From contig CM059431.1 in assembly GCA_030390025.1 (NCBI GenBank), positions 130,884,001 through 130,948,000 on the forward strand: DNA of 64,000 nt, given 5' to 3'. Below are positions 9,526 through 23,949 of the stretch, one piece after another; the first letter of the stretch is position 1; every line of letters begins with the position of its first letter. The position numbers and the translations under genes are program-made. Below the pieces are notes generated by a model. It saw only the letters and a list, made by a program, of their open reading frames with translations. It made no database searches and was not told the origin of the DNA. This DNA comes from Squalus acanthias. Lineage: Eukaryota.

Positions 9526-11221
9526 GTATGTATTTTATAAATTTCTTTGCTGTCAGTACAGATGCTATTCATACCTTAAAGCAGTACCCAATTTCTCATC
9601 AGGGGCTGTTTGTAAAAGCTACTGTAATTGTGCGCAGCCTAAATAGCACCTATGGGTATCCCTCAGGGCATCCTTCTCTAGGTGCAGGTTCTGGAGAAGA
9701 AAGAAGCAGATCAGAAAAGGCATGACAGACAGATGTGGTTGCAGGTTAGTCTCTCAAGAAGGAGTGGCCCTTATGCCACTGCTTATGTATAAAGGGCAAG
9801 GCAATCATATCTGGATATGTCTGAGGATATCCACACATAGAGATGACAATCGCAAAGAGGCCATGACAAAACAGTGCCATCTCCTACAGATCAACTTCGG
9901 AATTACTTCATTGCTTTGTCAGTGGCTGTCAAAGTGACTATTGCCTTGAATTTTTATTCCACTGCATCCTTCTAAGCAACAGCAGGAGACATCTGTTAAA
10001 TCTCACAACCAATGATCTTATATAAATTTCCCTATGTAAAATAGGCAGCAGCGTGAGAGAACTCTGCAATTTTACCATCTGTTGAATTCCCCAAAGTCCA
10101 GGGTGTTAATGCTGACACACATATGGCCCTACTCCTAATACTACTTCCTCCACGAATCGAAAGCAATTCAATTTCATGAATGTGCAGCTGGTCTGTGACT
10201 ATAGACACAGAATCCTGCACATTAGTGCTGCTATCCTGGTAGTTGTTATAATGTTATTATTTTACAAGCAATTGATGGTGCTAAAATTATTTCAGGGGCT
10301 AAGAAGACTAAATGGATGGCTATTAAGGGAGCAATGCCTGCCAGGGGATCACTGACACCCTGACACATTACCCCATTGGACAATTCCTAAATAAAAATAG
10401 AGTGAGGCACACGCAGCTAACAGAATATCAGCATGTTAAAGCAAAGGCTCAGATGCATGGACTAATCATGGGAGTCCAAGATTATTGTGCGCTGCTGTGA
10501 CCCACACAGCTTCGTCCTGCAAAGGGACAATGGCATGGAGCAGAAAGAAGAGGTAGTCTCAACCAGCAGCAGAAGAAGGCAACCAATCATTCACTCACTA
10601 AGAAAATTAAGCAGAAACTAAAAGATTAACCTTCAGTTAAGTACCTTTAATGTCCAGTGCACAACAGTCATCTGCATATGCAGCCAATACCTCTGGCTAA
10701 AAAGGCAATCGTCACTATTGCCCACAGCCTTATATTTGGGCCCATGAATACAACAGCATTTCTCCCCATCGATCTTGCTGTGCTTTACCCCAAATGAACA
10801 GTCATGTACGTAGGCCTATCGGTGAAGTCAAATGTTATTAATCATTCCAATGTGTGATGCAAATTATTCTAACCATGAACCTGGGGGAAGCCTCTGACTT
10901 TATACTCCTCCCTTTTTGCCTCATGCTCAGAATCTCCAGGGCCCATTCCTTCTTCCTGATCTGGATGCATTCTGACTATTATGTGCGGCTTTCTCTTGCA
11001 AACATGTGTTGGAATAAGAATATGATAGATGTGATTTACCCAAGTGTTCAACCCAACCTTATGTGAGCTGCTTGCTGCATTTCAGGGACCACAGAACAAA
11101 TACATTGAAATGGCAGCAATATAGAATGCCTTAGTGAAACGTGGGCATACCTGTGCTTTTGGAAAGTATATGAACAGTTACCAGAGTGGTGTGCATTCTC
11201 CCCGTGTGAAATTTATAGTGA

Positions 11222-11826
11222 AGGTATTTATAAATGATTTGGATGAAAGAATAGAGAGCTGTATGTCTAAGTTTGCTGATGACACTAAGTTAGGTGGCAC
11301 AGTAAGTAGGGTAGATGGGGGAGAAAGTTGCAAAGGGACATTGATAGATTAAGTGAGTGGGCAAAACTGTGACAGATGGAGTTCATTGTGGGAAAGTGTG
11401 AGGTCATCCACTTTGGACCTAAGAAAGATAGATCAGAGTATTTTCTAAATAGCGAGAAGCTAGGAACTGTGGGTGAGCAGAGAGATTTAGGGTCCAAGTA
11501 CAGAAATCACTAAAAGGTAGTGGACAGGTACAGAAATAATTAAAAAGGCTAATGGAATGTTGGCCTTTATCTCAAGAGTGCTGGAATACAAAGGGGTGGA
11601 AGTTATGTTACAGCTGTACAGAGCTCTGGTTTGACCTCATCTGGAGTATTGCTTTCAGTTCTGGGCACTGCACCTCAGGAAGAATATATTGTCCTTGAAG
11701 GGGGTGCAGCACATATTCACCAGACTGATACTGGGCAAAAAGGGTTAAATTATGAGGACAGTTTACATAGACTAGGCTTGTATTCAGAAGATTATAGGGT
11801 GGTCTAATTGAGGTGTTTAAGATGAT
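11222..11826 (+). mobile_element. CR1-clade LINE fragment
   Basis: FINDLDE...SKFADDTKLGG and downstream CR1 ORF2 motifs; degenerate. Confidence 0.9.
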
Positions 11827-12069
11827 TTGGTTAATGTGCAACAAGAGCATGAAAAATAAAGATATATATATATATCTGAAAAACTATGGATGTGACAGAA
11901 ATAAAATTAAACAGAAAATGCAAGTGAAACATGGTAGATCCATAGAGAAAGGGCGAGTCCACACCAAGGGCCCAGACCCTTGGCAGCATTGGTTCAAATG
12001 TCAACCCAACTCCCCTCATCCCAGACATTGACAGATCCTCCCCATATTACAAAAACCCACTGCTGTGAA

Positions 12070-13075
12070 GAGAATGGAAGGTGTAGCCAAGTTCTGGAGT
12101 TGCTGAAGTCAGTATTGAGACCAGAAGGTTGCAACATGCCCAGCAGAAAGATGAGATAGGTTTCTTGAAGCTTGCATTGAGCTTCAGTGGAAGAGTGTAC
12201 GACACCAAAGACAGAAAGGCCAAAGTGGGAATGGGAGGGGGAGTTAGAGAGACCAGCCATATGCAGGTCAGGGTCACACTTCTGAACAGAGCAGTGATGC
12301 TAAATGAAGCGGTCACCTTACCCTCAGCAGTGAATACAGTACACTAGATTAGAAGGAGTACACATGAATTTCTGTCTCACTTGAAAGAAGAATTTTAGAC
12401 ACTGGATCGCAGTGTGGAAGGAAGTAAATGGAGAGGTGTGTTTCCCGCGGTTGCATGGGAAGATGCCGGAAAGAACATATGGAATTAGGGGTGCTGGAAG
12501 AATAGATAAGAGTATTACTGAGGAACTAGTCCCTCCAAAAGGCAACGAGGGGAACATAGGACAAAATTAGCTTAGTTGTGGGACGGTTTTGTAGGTGACG
12601 GAAATGGCAGAAGACGGCCTGGTGAATGTGGATGGTGGCAGGATGGAAGCTGAGGATATGGGGGACCCTACTGTTGTGAGAAGAGCGGGGAGAGGACCAG
12701 CAGATGATGAAAATAAAGGATATTTCAGCCGGCCTGCTGTACAAAGTGAAGTTATCAGTGCAAATGCGACAGAGACAGAGAAACTGGGAGAAACAGATGA
12801 AGCCCTTACAGGAGGCAGAATGGGAAGAAGCATAATCAAGATAGCTGTGGGAGCCAGTAACAGATATTAATGGAAAGCCCATCACTAAAGATGGAGCATG
12901 AATGAAGTCCAGGAAAGGAAAGAAAGAGTTAGAGCTAGAGCATGTAAAAGTGGGAGAAGAGTAGAATTTGGAAGTATAGTTAATAAAGTTCTCCAGATAA
13001 GAGCAAGAGCAGGAAGTGGCATGAAGTTAGTCATCAATATAACAGGGGAAAGGTTGGAGGAGGATCTGAGTAACA
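12070..13075 (-). mobile_element. Old Penelope-like element fragment (RT C-terminal region and GIY-YIG endonuclease remnant)
   Basis: SHSYLDYASSHSASCK...FSQFLCLCRIC and FQVRQKFMCTPSNLVYCIHC in minus-strand ORFs. Confidence 0.75.
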
Positions 13076-13249
13076 TTGAAGAAATCTTATGGTTGGATCC
13101 TGTTGACTGTCGCATGAAGTGTGTAACATCAGCCACAAGATCTACAAAACATTCGGAATAATTTCATGCAGAATATCAGACACACAGCAGTATGTGGACT
13201 CCTATCTAGCAGGATTGGCTTATATATGAAATGTCATCTGTCTCCGCCA

Positions 13250-14017
13250 CCAATTCTGTTCCCTAGCCACCGACTCCATCCCTCTCCCTGCCAACTATCT
13301 GAGGCTGAACCAGACTGTTCGCAACCTTGGTGTCATATTTGACCCTGAAATGAGCTTCCAACCACATAGCCGCAGCATAACTAAGACCGCCTATGTCCAC
13401 CTCCGTAACATCACCCGACTCCGCCACTGCCTCAGCTCATCTGCTGCTGAAACCCTCATCCGTGCCTTTATTACCTCTAGACTTGACTATTCCAACACTC
13501 TCCTGGCCGGGCTTCGAACTTCCACCCTCCATAAACTGGAACTCATCCAAAACTCCTCTGCCCGTATCCTAACTCGCACCAAGTCCCGTTTACCCATCAC
13601 CTCTGTCCTCCCAGTCTGGCAACGCCTCAATTTTAAAATTCTCATCCTTGTTTTCAAATCCCTCCATGGCCTCACCCCTCCCTATCTCTGTAATCTCCTC
13701 TAATGCCACAATTCTCCGAGATCTCTGAGCGACTCCAATTCTGGCCTCTTGCACATTCCCAATTTTCATCGCTCCGTGATTGGTGACCATGCCTTCAGCT
13801 GCCTGGGCCCTAAGATCTGGAATTCCCTCCCTAAACCTCTCTGCCTCTCTACTTCTCTCTCCTTTAAGAGGCTCCTTAAAACCTACCTCTTTGACCAAGC
13901 TTTTAGTCATCTGTCCAAATATCTCCTTAAGTGTCTCTGTGTCAAATTTTGTTGAATAACGCTCCTTGGGACGTGTTACTACGTTAAAGGCGCTATATAA
14001 ATACAAGTTGTTATTGA
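13250..14017 (+). mobile_element. L2-clade LINE 3' end
   Basis: ETLIRAFITSRLDYSNTLL, LLKTYLFDQAF, 3' UTR and (TTG)n-like tail. Confidence 0.92.
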
Positions 14018-15243
14018 CTAATCAGGGTAACAAGTTACAACTGTTACCAATAGTAGTTGCATTGTTCAACATTGCATTGAGCTGTGTGTCTGCTCCAGTC
14101 TTTGCAATGCTGTCAATTTTTAAGAGTTTAAACTGTGTGGTATTCATATAAATTCATATAAATGAAGATTGTAGAGCTTAAATAGTTAATCATTATGTAT
14201 GTGAAGATTAAAGCAAGCCCAGTGCCATCTACCATGTTGGATATTATCAAGTTGGGAAGTGGACGGGGGATTTCTTCATAATTAGAGAATTTCTGGAATG
14301 TTAAGCACTTTTAGCATGTTAAATTAACTGTAACAAATATAATTCAGATATGAGAGAGTATGTGGCAATAATACATTTGTCAGTGTTAGGATGGAAGCAG
14401 TCTACAGTAAAGGGGCATCTGTCAAAACAGAAATAAAACCTAAGTAATCCATTATTAAGAGGAATCATTTTATTGCAACTCCAGTGAATCATAAATGGCT
14501 TTGACTGATTTAGCCAGAAGCTTGTTCTCTTTATGCTAATAACTCCTTTTGAGAAGATTAATGGTCACATTTCACTTGGAACTGTTCATGTCTGATTATT
14601 TTATCTGATGCTTTTGGTTGCCATATTGCTCACGCAACAAATTTTTGGCAGCAATTTAGAGTGTAAGCTGCTTTAGAAGACCCAATGAATTTTCATATAA
14701 TTAACACTACAGGAAGAGGAGTATTTGTTATGTTATAGTCTGCTGTAGACATAAAATGGACTCAGAAATAAATGGCTCGGTAATGTAGAATAACCCATTA
14801 AAGAGCACGTGCTGACATACAAGCAATCACTTTTAAAGTGTTTAGTAAGATAATTAACTAGTTGATGAATTACACAAGTAGTTTGTGTATCCTGTCCAAA
14901 TTACTTGATATATTTTTTTAACTGTACTGTAAAACTCAATAAAATACCTTGGAAAATCAAGTTAAAGAGCTAAAATAAACATTTCCAGAGGCTCCAATAA
15001 ACTGTTATAATAAAATTAGTCATACCAAGATTGGCTTTTAATTCCCCATTGTCTCATTTTACAGTTGTGGCTGTGAAGAAAATAAGCTGTACCCAAGCTA
15101 TGGCTTAAAAAACAAATTTATGTAGAGCAATGAATTTTGCTTTACAGAGGCATAAGATAGACAGCGGTGTGATGACACTTACCACAGAGCTCCTATTCTC
15201 GCTGGGTTTGTTTTTAAACTACTTTTCACCTTTTTTTAAAAAA

Positions 15244-15977
15244 GGGCCGGATCATGCTGGAAAATAACGGTGTTTCAACAACGCACGCTGTTATTAATGT
15301 GCAAATCGGCCAGAAAGTTCAAGGGATTAAGAGCTACACCATGAGTTGCGAATCTCCAGAACTTGCTGGTGGATTTACGCCGCTCCTCCGTTTGCTTCAC
15401 ACAAATGGCATCTCCCGTTATTTTTACGAACTTGCTGGATTCGCACGTTAATTGCCCATTAAACTCACCACAGAAAGTTAAGTCTAGTAATTAAGAGCGT
15501 AAGCCCGCTTTTAACGACGTGATAATAGTTAATGCAATGACAATCAACCTCTTTGGCCCAGAAAGGGAACAATTTAAAGTGTTCAATCTCATTCCTGCAT
15601 GTTGTTATTGGAGATTTCACAAAATTTTAATTTATATTTTTTTTAATTTCTTTACTTTTCCTTTTTGTTTCTTTTTTCCTGTCTCTCTTAATCTAATCTT
15701 TCTTTATTTCTCTTTCTGTACCTGATTTGACTCAAATTCACCCTCCTTCTCCATTGTTCTTCTGTTTCTTTCTCGATCCTTAAATCTCATAGAAGATAAA
15801 CTGTTGGTCCTGACGTTCACCAAGGTCCCAGATGCCCCATTGCCCTCACGATACTGTTATAAGCTTGCCCTTCCAGCAAATTATGGCGCAAAAAAAAATT
15901 CGAGCTGAAGTATGCAGGAAAAAGTCCTTAACTAATGGCGTATGCCAGGAGATGCTCCGCTCCAACAAGATCTTGCC
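15244..15977. mobile_element. Non-autonomous DNA transposon (Harbinger-type MITE)
   Basis: Imperfect TIRs GGGCCGGATCATGCTGGA / TCCAACAAGATCTTGCC with an AT-rich core. Confidence 0.6.
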
Positions 15978-15983
15978 ATTTCG

Positions 15984-16765
15984 TAGGACCAACCATCTTC
16001 AGCTGCTTTAACAATGATTTTCCCTCCATCATAAGATCAGAAGTGGGGATATTCGCTGATGATTGCACAGTGTTCAGTTCTATTAGCAATTCCTCAGATA
16101 ATGAAGAAGTCCTTGCCTGTATTCAGCAAGACCTGAATAACATCTAGGCTTGGGCTGATAAGTAGTAAGTAATTTTCACGCCATACAAGTGCTAGGCAAT
16201 GACCATCTCCAACAAGAGAGAGTCTAACCACCTCTACTTGACATTTAATGCCATTACCATTGTCAAATTCCCCCACCATCAACATCTTGGGGGTCACCAT
16301 TGACCAGAAACTTAACTGGATCAGCCACATAAATAATGTGGCTACAAGAGCAGGTCAGAGGCTGGGTATTCTGTGATGAGTCATTCACCTCCTGACTCCC
16401 CAAAACCTTTCCATCATTTACAAGGCACAATTCAGGAGTGTGATGGAATACGTTCCACTTGCCTGGATGAGTGCAGCTCCAACAACACTCAAGAAGTTCG
16501 ACATCATCCAGGACAAAGCATTCGCTTAACTTTAAACATTCACTCCCTCCACCACCGGCGAACCGTGGCTGCAGTGTGTACCATCTACAAGATGCACTGC
16601 AGCAACTTGCCAAGGCTTCTTCGACATCACCTCCCAAACCCACAACATCTACCACCGAGAAGGCCAAGGGCAGCAGGCACATGGGCTCACCACCACTTTC
16701 TCAAGGGCAACTCGGGATGGGCAATAAATGCTGGCCTTGCTAGCGATACCCACATCCCATGAATA
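15984..16765 (+). mobile_element. Non-LTR retrotransposon 3' fragment (clade uncertain, RTEX/CR1-like)
   Basis: GPTIFSCFNNDFPSIIRSEVGIFADDCT RT motif; LNIHSLHHRRTVAAVCTIYKMH. Confidence 0.8.
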
Positions 16766-17417
16766 AATTAATTAATTAATTTTTTAAAGAAATATTTGGA
16801 ACTCTTTTTTTTCCTCTGTTTTTTTCCATCAATTTTATCTCCTCCCTGTTGAACATGTTGAATTCTTGCTGTGAGTTAGTTCCACCCTTCATCCTGAAGT
16901 GCCTTGCCCAGATGCCGATTCTTTATATGTGAACCTAAAGAGTGCCAGCAGGCTATCCAATCGCTGAGGGAAACACAACCAAGCCTAATCCTGTCTTCAA
17001 TTAACATCTGACACACACATCACTGGACAGTAATCAGGAACATGAACCCTGGTTGACATGGGGATGTTGATGGCAACTATAATGCCCCTACTGCAGCTCC
17101 CACTGAGATCAGGTAACTCAGCACAGAGTGGGGATTGAACCTGGGACCTTCCTGGTCTTTTGCCTTAACCAGCTGAACCATTAGGGGAGGACTAATTCAC
17201 CTTAAAAGGAAGATGACTTCTGCAGCTGGAGAAATTAGTTCAATCTCTCCATTTAATGCAGAATTTGTGTTTCCAATATTCTTGTATTTCAGTTTTTATT
17301 CCAAACTGAATCCATACCAGATTCAGTCCACAATAAGAGTTGCAATCTAAGCTGGGGTTTACGTATTGAATAGTAACTATGCATGATCAGCCTCCTATCA
17401 AATTTTAGCAAATCAGT

Positions 17418-18198
17418 GGGCCAAAATTTGCGGCCGGAGGCGTACCTAGGTACACCTCCAACCCGGAAAAAAATATGAACCTACCTGCTGGCTCCTGGGC
17501 TCCAGAGTCTTTGGGTCCTGGGCCTGCAGGCGTTAACCTGCATAAAGGCCCACGAATCCTAGGGACGCTGGCGATTCGGAAAGGTCCCTGGGATCACCAT
17601 TTAGAAAGGGGAATTCCTCATAAGCTTATGAGAAATCCCCAAATAAATAATTAACACAACTGTAATAAAAATAATATTCCCATGTTCAAAATTAATTAAA
17701 AGTCCCTTTAATTAAGAATTAAAAATAAAAATTAAATTTTTTGAAAAATAATTTTAAAAAGAAAATTAAGACTTACATTTATATAGCGCCTTTCACGGCC
17801 ACCGGACGTCTCAAAGCGCTTCACAGCCAATGAAGTACTTTTTTGGAAACATTTTAATCCGGGTCAAAATTTACATAAACTAATTTTAAATGGTTTTGTA
17901 TGTTATAATCATTTTTAAAATTTTAATTTAACATTTATTTTAACCCTTACACTGGTAAAAGCAGGCCCTATGCTTGCTTTTACCAGGCGTATTGGTTTTG
18001 TGGGCAATAGTTGGGCAAATAGCCCAACTCTGCACCAGCAAAAGTGTTTTTGGGGTGCATGCTGACGATCTGTTAAGGCGAACCTTGACAGAGCACAAGT
18101 TCCAGGTTTTCGCGCATGCGCAGCACATACGAAAACCCGGAACTTGCGGGGCCATTCTGAGGGCTTACGACTGCGTTCGGCCCCACAAAATCCGGGCC
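17418..18198. mobile_element. Harbinger-type MITE containing a DeuSINE tail (~17765-17846)
   Basis: TIR-like ends GGGCCAAAATTTGCGG / CCACAAAATCCGGGCC. Confidence 0.6.
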
Positions 18199-18440
18199 AA
18201 TATATTGTTTAAGCCACTATTCCCGATCCCAAAGTTTGGTTCAACTCCAAGGATCTATTTTGTTGCTGTATTGGGAAGGGGTAGAGGGATAACTGCACCA
18301 TAGTTTTACAACTGTAGATTGCACACACATGACTCTTCACAGCATTTGAATGTGATGTACAGCAGGTAGCTTGCATGTCAGCATAAAAAAAGGTTTATTT
18401 ACTGGTGGTTGCCTTTGTGCGCATGTTACTTTTAACACTA

Positions 18441-20700
18441 GGGCCGAGAAATTCCCCAGTGTAGCGCCGGGCGTTAAGGCCGATTTTGTTGAAAATATGG
18501 CGGCCGCCTCGCTTCCACCAGCTTTTGGCGCAGGACACGACGGCTGCCATTTTGGTGAGGGCCATAGCGCTGCCGTTGACAGCGCTGGCCTCTCAAATGT
18601 AAATTAGCAGATTGTGACATCAATTGGTGTGCAACGCCCTGACTTGATGCCACAATTGCTAATTTGGATGTTTTTGCTCTCCTTTACGCTGTGTCCTAAC
18701 CACGCACAGAGAAGCCTGTGTGAAGCAGCCCTGCAGAGACGCTGTCAGTGCTTCTTGAAGGGACACACACATCTTTCAGTTTGGATTTCACTTTTGGACT
18801 GTTTTTTAAAATATTTTATTTAAGTAGTGGCTTGGTGCAATTTAAAAAGTTTTTAAAGTGTGCAAGGAGTGCTGCTGAACGCTTCCAAGACTTTGGATGA
18901 TAAAGGAAGGCCTCTGAGAAGACAGAAAATGCTGGAAATACTCAGCAGGTCAGGCAACATCCGTGGAGAGAGAAACAGAGTTCACGTCTCAGGTCGAGAT
19001 GCTGCTGCTGAGTATTTCCCACATTTTCTGCTTTTATATCAGATTTCCAGCATCTGCTCACAGAGTGAAGAGGAAGAAGCAGAAGAGCAAGATGCAGAAG
19101 AGGAAGAATCAGAAATGAAGAAGTAGAAGGAAGGATGCCACTCATACAGCCCCTTTCTGGCCCAGATATCCAGGATTGAATCATTCACCTGCGGTACCAG
19201 TGATCACAACCCCAATTCCCCTTTCAACATTTGTCCCACACCTTATCTTCTCTCTGTTACTGACCATCATAGTGTCCGCTTAGCCACAATGCTGAAAGCC
19301 ACCACAAAGCAAAATTTTCAATCCAACTGTATCCATATATGCATCCAATACATCAAGAAATCAACTAATCATGCTCGTGCATTCCCTTAGTGACTGTTTT
19401 ATGTTTGCCTTTGCCTCTCCTACTGATGTCACGCAGTGCTACCCCAGTGGCTGCAGCACGGCTGGTGGAAGGCTGCTGACTTTCAGTGGGGGACACTGCA
19501 GATGGGCGTGCAGGATGACCTTGAGGAGCTGGTGGCTGGGAGTGTCAAATCGCGTGATGGTATTTTTCTTTTCTTCTCTTGTTTTCTCTCTCTCTCTCTC
19601 CACCACCCCCCCCCCCCCCCCCCTCAATTGCCTGGGCAGGCTGGATTTCTTGGGTGTCTGAAATGAGGAAGACACAAGGGTAAAGTTGTGGTGAGGGGAG
19701 GGCGGGAAAGCAAGAACTGCATGTTTACACCATGTGCACCTTGTAAATCAGAAGATATTGTGGGATGAGGGGAAGTCGGATGTGAGAAGGAGGAAAATTT
19801 ATGAGGATACCAGCATCTTGTATCCTTTCAGCCCCGCCGCTGGCCAAGGTCTCAACCATGCTGCTGCCAAGGGGGTAAGGTGAAGCTAGGAATGGGAGGT
19901 GTGCCTCATGTTTGGTACTGATTGTTGGTAGGTGAGTGATGGCAGGGGAGTGGGGTTGTACAATGAGCAGTGTGTAAGGCTAGTGATGCAGTTGGTAGGA
20001 GACGGCTTTTGAAGATACATTCTCTGACCTTGATCACTGGTCTGAGGCACTGGAGCCAGGTCCTGGGGGGGCGACACTGCTGGCAGTGTCAGCCTCAGTG
20101 ATGTGGTCCCACATCGTTCTTTCTGGAGAGCCTCCTTGCACCCTGTGGGTAGAGGACCTCTCTTGCAGTGTTGATCCCCTGCACAAAGCTGGAGTGCTGC
20201 ATGCGAGACCCTGGGTGCCCCTTCCGTGGATTGTTGAGTCATTCGCGTCAGAGCTGAAGCATTTTTACCATTTTTTTATGTGCGAAAGGCAGTTTAGCTT
20301 TAAGAGCTGAAGACTGCCATTTCGGAATTATTTTTAATGTTTATTTTTTTTCAGGAGGCAGTTGAATTCTCAGGACTAAAGACTGCCTATTTTTAAATGA
20401 TTTTAATTTTTTTAATTTTAGAAGGCTGTCCCTCTTTAAGGGATCGACACTGCTTTCTAAAATGACAGGCTAGCTTTAAGAGAGCACTGCCTCGCTCCAG
20501 GGACGCTACGACCACGCTTCATTGGGCCTCCTGCTGAGACTACCACCTGAAACAGCGCCTTACATGGTAGATTTTGCGCTACGTTAATTTAAATCAGCAG
20601 GCAGCCCCATAATACCAGGGCTGCCTGCACTCTTTTTGAGGGCGGCCATTAACTTTAGCCCACGGTGGCACGTTTCTTGGCATAATCGGATTTCTAGCCA
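18441..20700. mobile_element. Internally deleted Harbinger transposon with a Penelope-end insertion (~18920-19056)
   Basis: Ends GGGCCGAGAAATT / GATTTCTAGCC. Internal segments resemble the elements at 51660-58602 and 59552-61309. Confidence 0.7.
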
Positions 20701-20884
20701 TAGGTTTTTATACACTGGCTTCTAGCTGAACAACATAACTTGTGTCATTTTGTAGTCAATTAATTAATATTAAAGTATTGTGATGGTGTATTTTTCTTCC
20801 TTGGTTGAAGTGTTTTTATGTTGTAGATGGCAAAGACATACATTTGCTTGTCAGTGTGATTTCCTTATTTTTCCTTATTTCCAA

Positions 20885-21330
20885 GTGCAAGCTAGGCTCA
20901 GTTGATAGCACTGTTGCTTCTGATTCAGAAGGATTTGGGACTTGAGCATATAATCCAGGGTGACACTTGATGCAGCACTGAGGGAAGGCTGCATTATCAG
21001 AAATGCCATCCTTCAGACGAGACATTGAAACATTGCCTCTTTTAGTGGTTCAGGTGAATGGTAAAGATTCCATGGTATTATTTGAAGAAGAACAGGTAGT
21101 CCTTTTATGACCTGGCCAATATTCTTTCCTGAATCAACACCACCAACAAAAAAAATGAGCTGGTCACTCATTCCGATGCTATTTTGGGGAACTTGTTGTT
21201 TGCAAAATAGCTGCTGTGTTTACCTATAAAACAGCAGCAACTGCACATCATAGTAATTTGTTGTGTATTAAGTACTTTTGGATGTTTCTAAGAGACATGA
21301 TAAACTTTGAGATAAATGTAAGTTCTTTCG
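20885..21330 (+). mobile_element. Degenerate DeuSINE (SacSINE1-like)
   Basis: tRNA-like head GGCTCAGTTGATAGCAC and similarity to the copy at 57941-58401. Confidence 0.7.
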
Positions 21331-22506
21331 TTTTTTCATTTTCTTCATATCAACATTTTCATTATTCTGTGTCATGGGCTTTGCAGTCATTGTTTTAAAG
21401 CGGTGAAATGATCTGTCTAAAAAATTGTTATGTTCAATGTTGCCACATTTGTTCCAGAAAATAATTGCACGTATAAAGGACCCACATAGCAGCAGTGGCT
21501 GCATCAGTCACTTTGAAATATAAAACATTCAAATATGCCATAGCTGATAGTTGTAAAAATGCCATACATGTCAAATGAAGGAAAGCAGGGCTTCAGTTAA
21601 ACTAAACTACCCAAGTATGGATAAACCTCATTTGCAGTTGGTCATTACCAGGCGGTATCACCCTGCTGTTCCTGAACATGACAAGAAACCTGAATTAAAA
21701 CCTGACACAGTGTAAAGTGTATTAAAGCAGGATTGAGCATCCTGTTGGAAATTCACAAATGTAAAATATGAATTTGTGATGGTGAAAACATCTTTTCATT
21801 TCGTCCTCAGTTGATTTTGCCTCTTTGATTTTAATGGGCTTCGCACGAGCTACTCTCAGTGCTCCTATTGGTGGATAAATCTAAATTAGCCAGTAGCTGC
21901 AGAGAAGGGCCACACTATTCAAACAACTACAATTAGCTAAGGAAGAAATAGAAGCAGCTGACGTCATGGGAGAGTAGGAAAGTGAGCATGGGGCCAGGAA
22001 AAAGAGGTTGCAAAAGTGCCGGATCAGGAAAGCGGAGTAGTGAGAGCAGGCCAAGAAAGAGAAACGGCGAGCGTCGCAGGAGTTAAGCAAAGCAGGATGT
22101 GAGTCAAGCATTTTTGATGCCAAGGAGAGTGGGTTGGGAGCAGCCAGGATCCTGAATAGAGCAGAGCATTTTTGTATATCATTTCTCTTTTCATAGTAAA
22201 CTGTTTTCTTAGCATCAACTGTTGGATTTCCCCTTTAAAATGAAATCGGAGGCGATTCTACAGTCAAGGGGTGATTTTCTGCTTCTGAAACGGGAGCACA
22301 TATTGGGAAATTGTGCACCCATTAAAATTACTGGACAGAAAATCACAGGCTGTGGGTGTGCGATTTCCTGATGTGTGTTCCTGGAGCATGTCAGAAGTGC
22401 AGAACTGGAAAAACCTCCTTTTCTGTATAAATACTGCAGTTTGTTTGAACTTCAATCATCTAGTTATATTATTAAAAATATTGTACATTCTGTCCACAAA
22501 TGTTAT

Positions 22507-23445
22507 CATAGAATCATCAAAACTTACAGAACAGAAATAGGCCATTCGGCCCGTCGTGCCTGTGCTGGCTCTTTGAAAGAGTAGTCGTGTTTAGTCCCAC
22601 ATCCCCGCTTTTTGTCCGTAACCCTGTAAGTTCCTCATCCTCAATACCTGTCCAACTCCCTTTTAAAATTATTTATGGAATCAGAATCCACCACCTTTTC
22701 AGGTAGAGTGTTCCAGATCCCGACAACTCAGTGAAAACATTTCTCCTCATCTCCCCTCTAGATCTTTTGCCAATGATTTTAAAGCTATGACCTCTGGTTA
22801 TTGACCCATTCACCAGAGGGAATAATTTTTCTCTATCTGCTCTATCAAAACCTCTCATCATCTCAAAAACCTCAATGGGTCACCTCTTAACCTTCTCTGT
22901 TCCAATGAGAACAGCCCTAACTTTTCCAACTTCTCCTCATAACTGAAGTCTCTCATCCCTGGTAACATCCTGGTAAACCTCCTCTGTACCCTTTCTAAGG
23001 CCTTTACATCTTTCCTGAAGTATGATGTCCAGAATTGTCCACAATACTCCAGTTGAGGCCGAACCAGTGATTCATAAAGTTCTAGCAAGATCTCTTTGCT
23101 TTTATATTATATTCCTCTAATTATAAACCCAAGTAAACCATTTGCTTTTTAACCACCTTATCAACTTGCCCTGCCACCTTTAAAGATTTGTGTATATGGA
23201 CACCAAGGTCTCTCTGCTCATCTACACTTTTCAAAATCATGCCATTTATAGTGTACTGTCTTTCCAGATTAGTCCTCCCAAAGCGCATCATTTCACACTT
23301 CTCCGCATTGAACTCCATCTGCCATGCTTCTGCCCATTTCACCATCCTGTCCATACCATCCTGAAGCCTAGAACTATCCTGATCATGATCTACTACTTTG
23401 CCAGGTTTCGTATTATCTGCAAACTTTATATTGCTGCTCCTTACA
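22507..23445 (-). mobile_element. CR1 LINE 3' portion
   Basis: WQMEFNAEKCE, LVRPQLEYCGQFW...LERVQRRFTRM, 3' UTR. Confidence 0.92.
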
Positions 23446-23949
23446 CCCGAGTCACATGTTACTTCCTATTGTTAGGATTTATGGAAATGCCTTTATATCA
23501 ACATTTAACATTGAAACTGCTTATGTACACATGATATACCAATTCCTTACGTGAATAATAGCTATTACGGTTTGTTGATAAACCAGTAAAATCACTCAAT
23601 GCTTTTAGAAAACATTTTACCTGACATTTTTTCTCAACAACTGAAATCTTTAATGTGCAAAGTAGTTTTAAACAAAATTTTTAAAAATCAAAGAATTACA
23701 CAATTCACAATAGCATGATTCAGTTTCATTGTCTTTCGTGTCTTTTAATATCTTCAGTTAAGTTTTTACTCAAAGGCTTCAGCCTGTCGCAAAACCTGAC
23801 TTCGAACAGATATTTTCACCTCACTACATTTGCACAGCTTTCAACCGTATCTGTGCATTCTGTGTATGTGCAGGTTGTTGAATCTCCCAGCATGCTATAT
23901 GTGCATCAGCATGACTTGCGGAGTAGAAAAAATGTATTACCTTGGATTC

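Noticed and set aside
21840..22110. Promoter-like patch (ATTGG, TGACGTCA, GTGAGT)
   Set aside because: Short motifs expected by chance, with no linked gene evidence.
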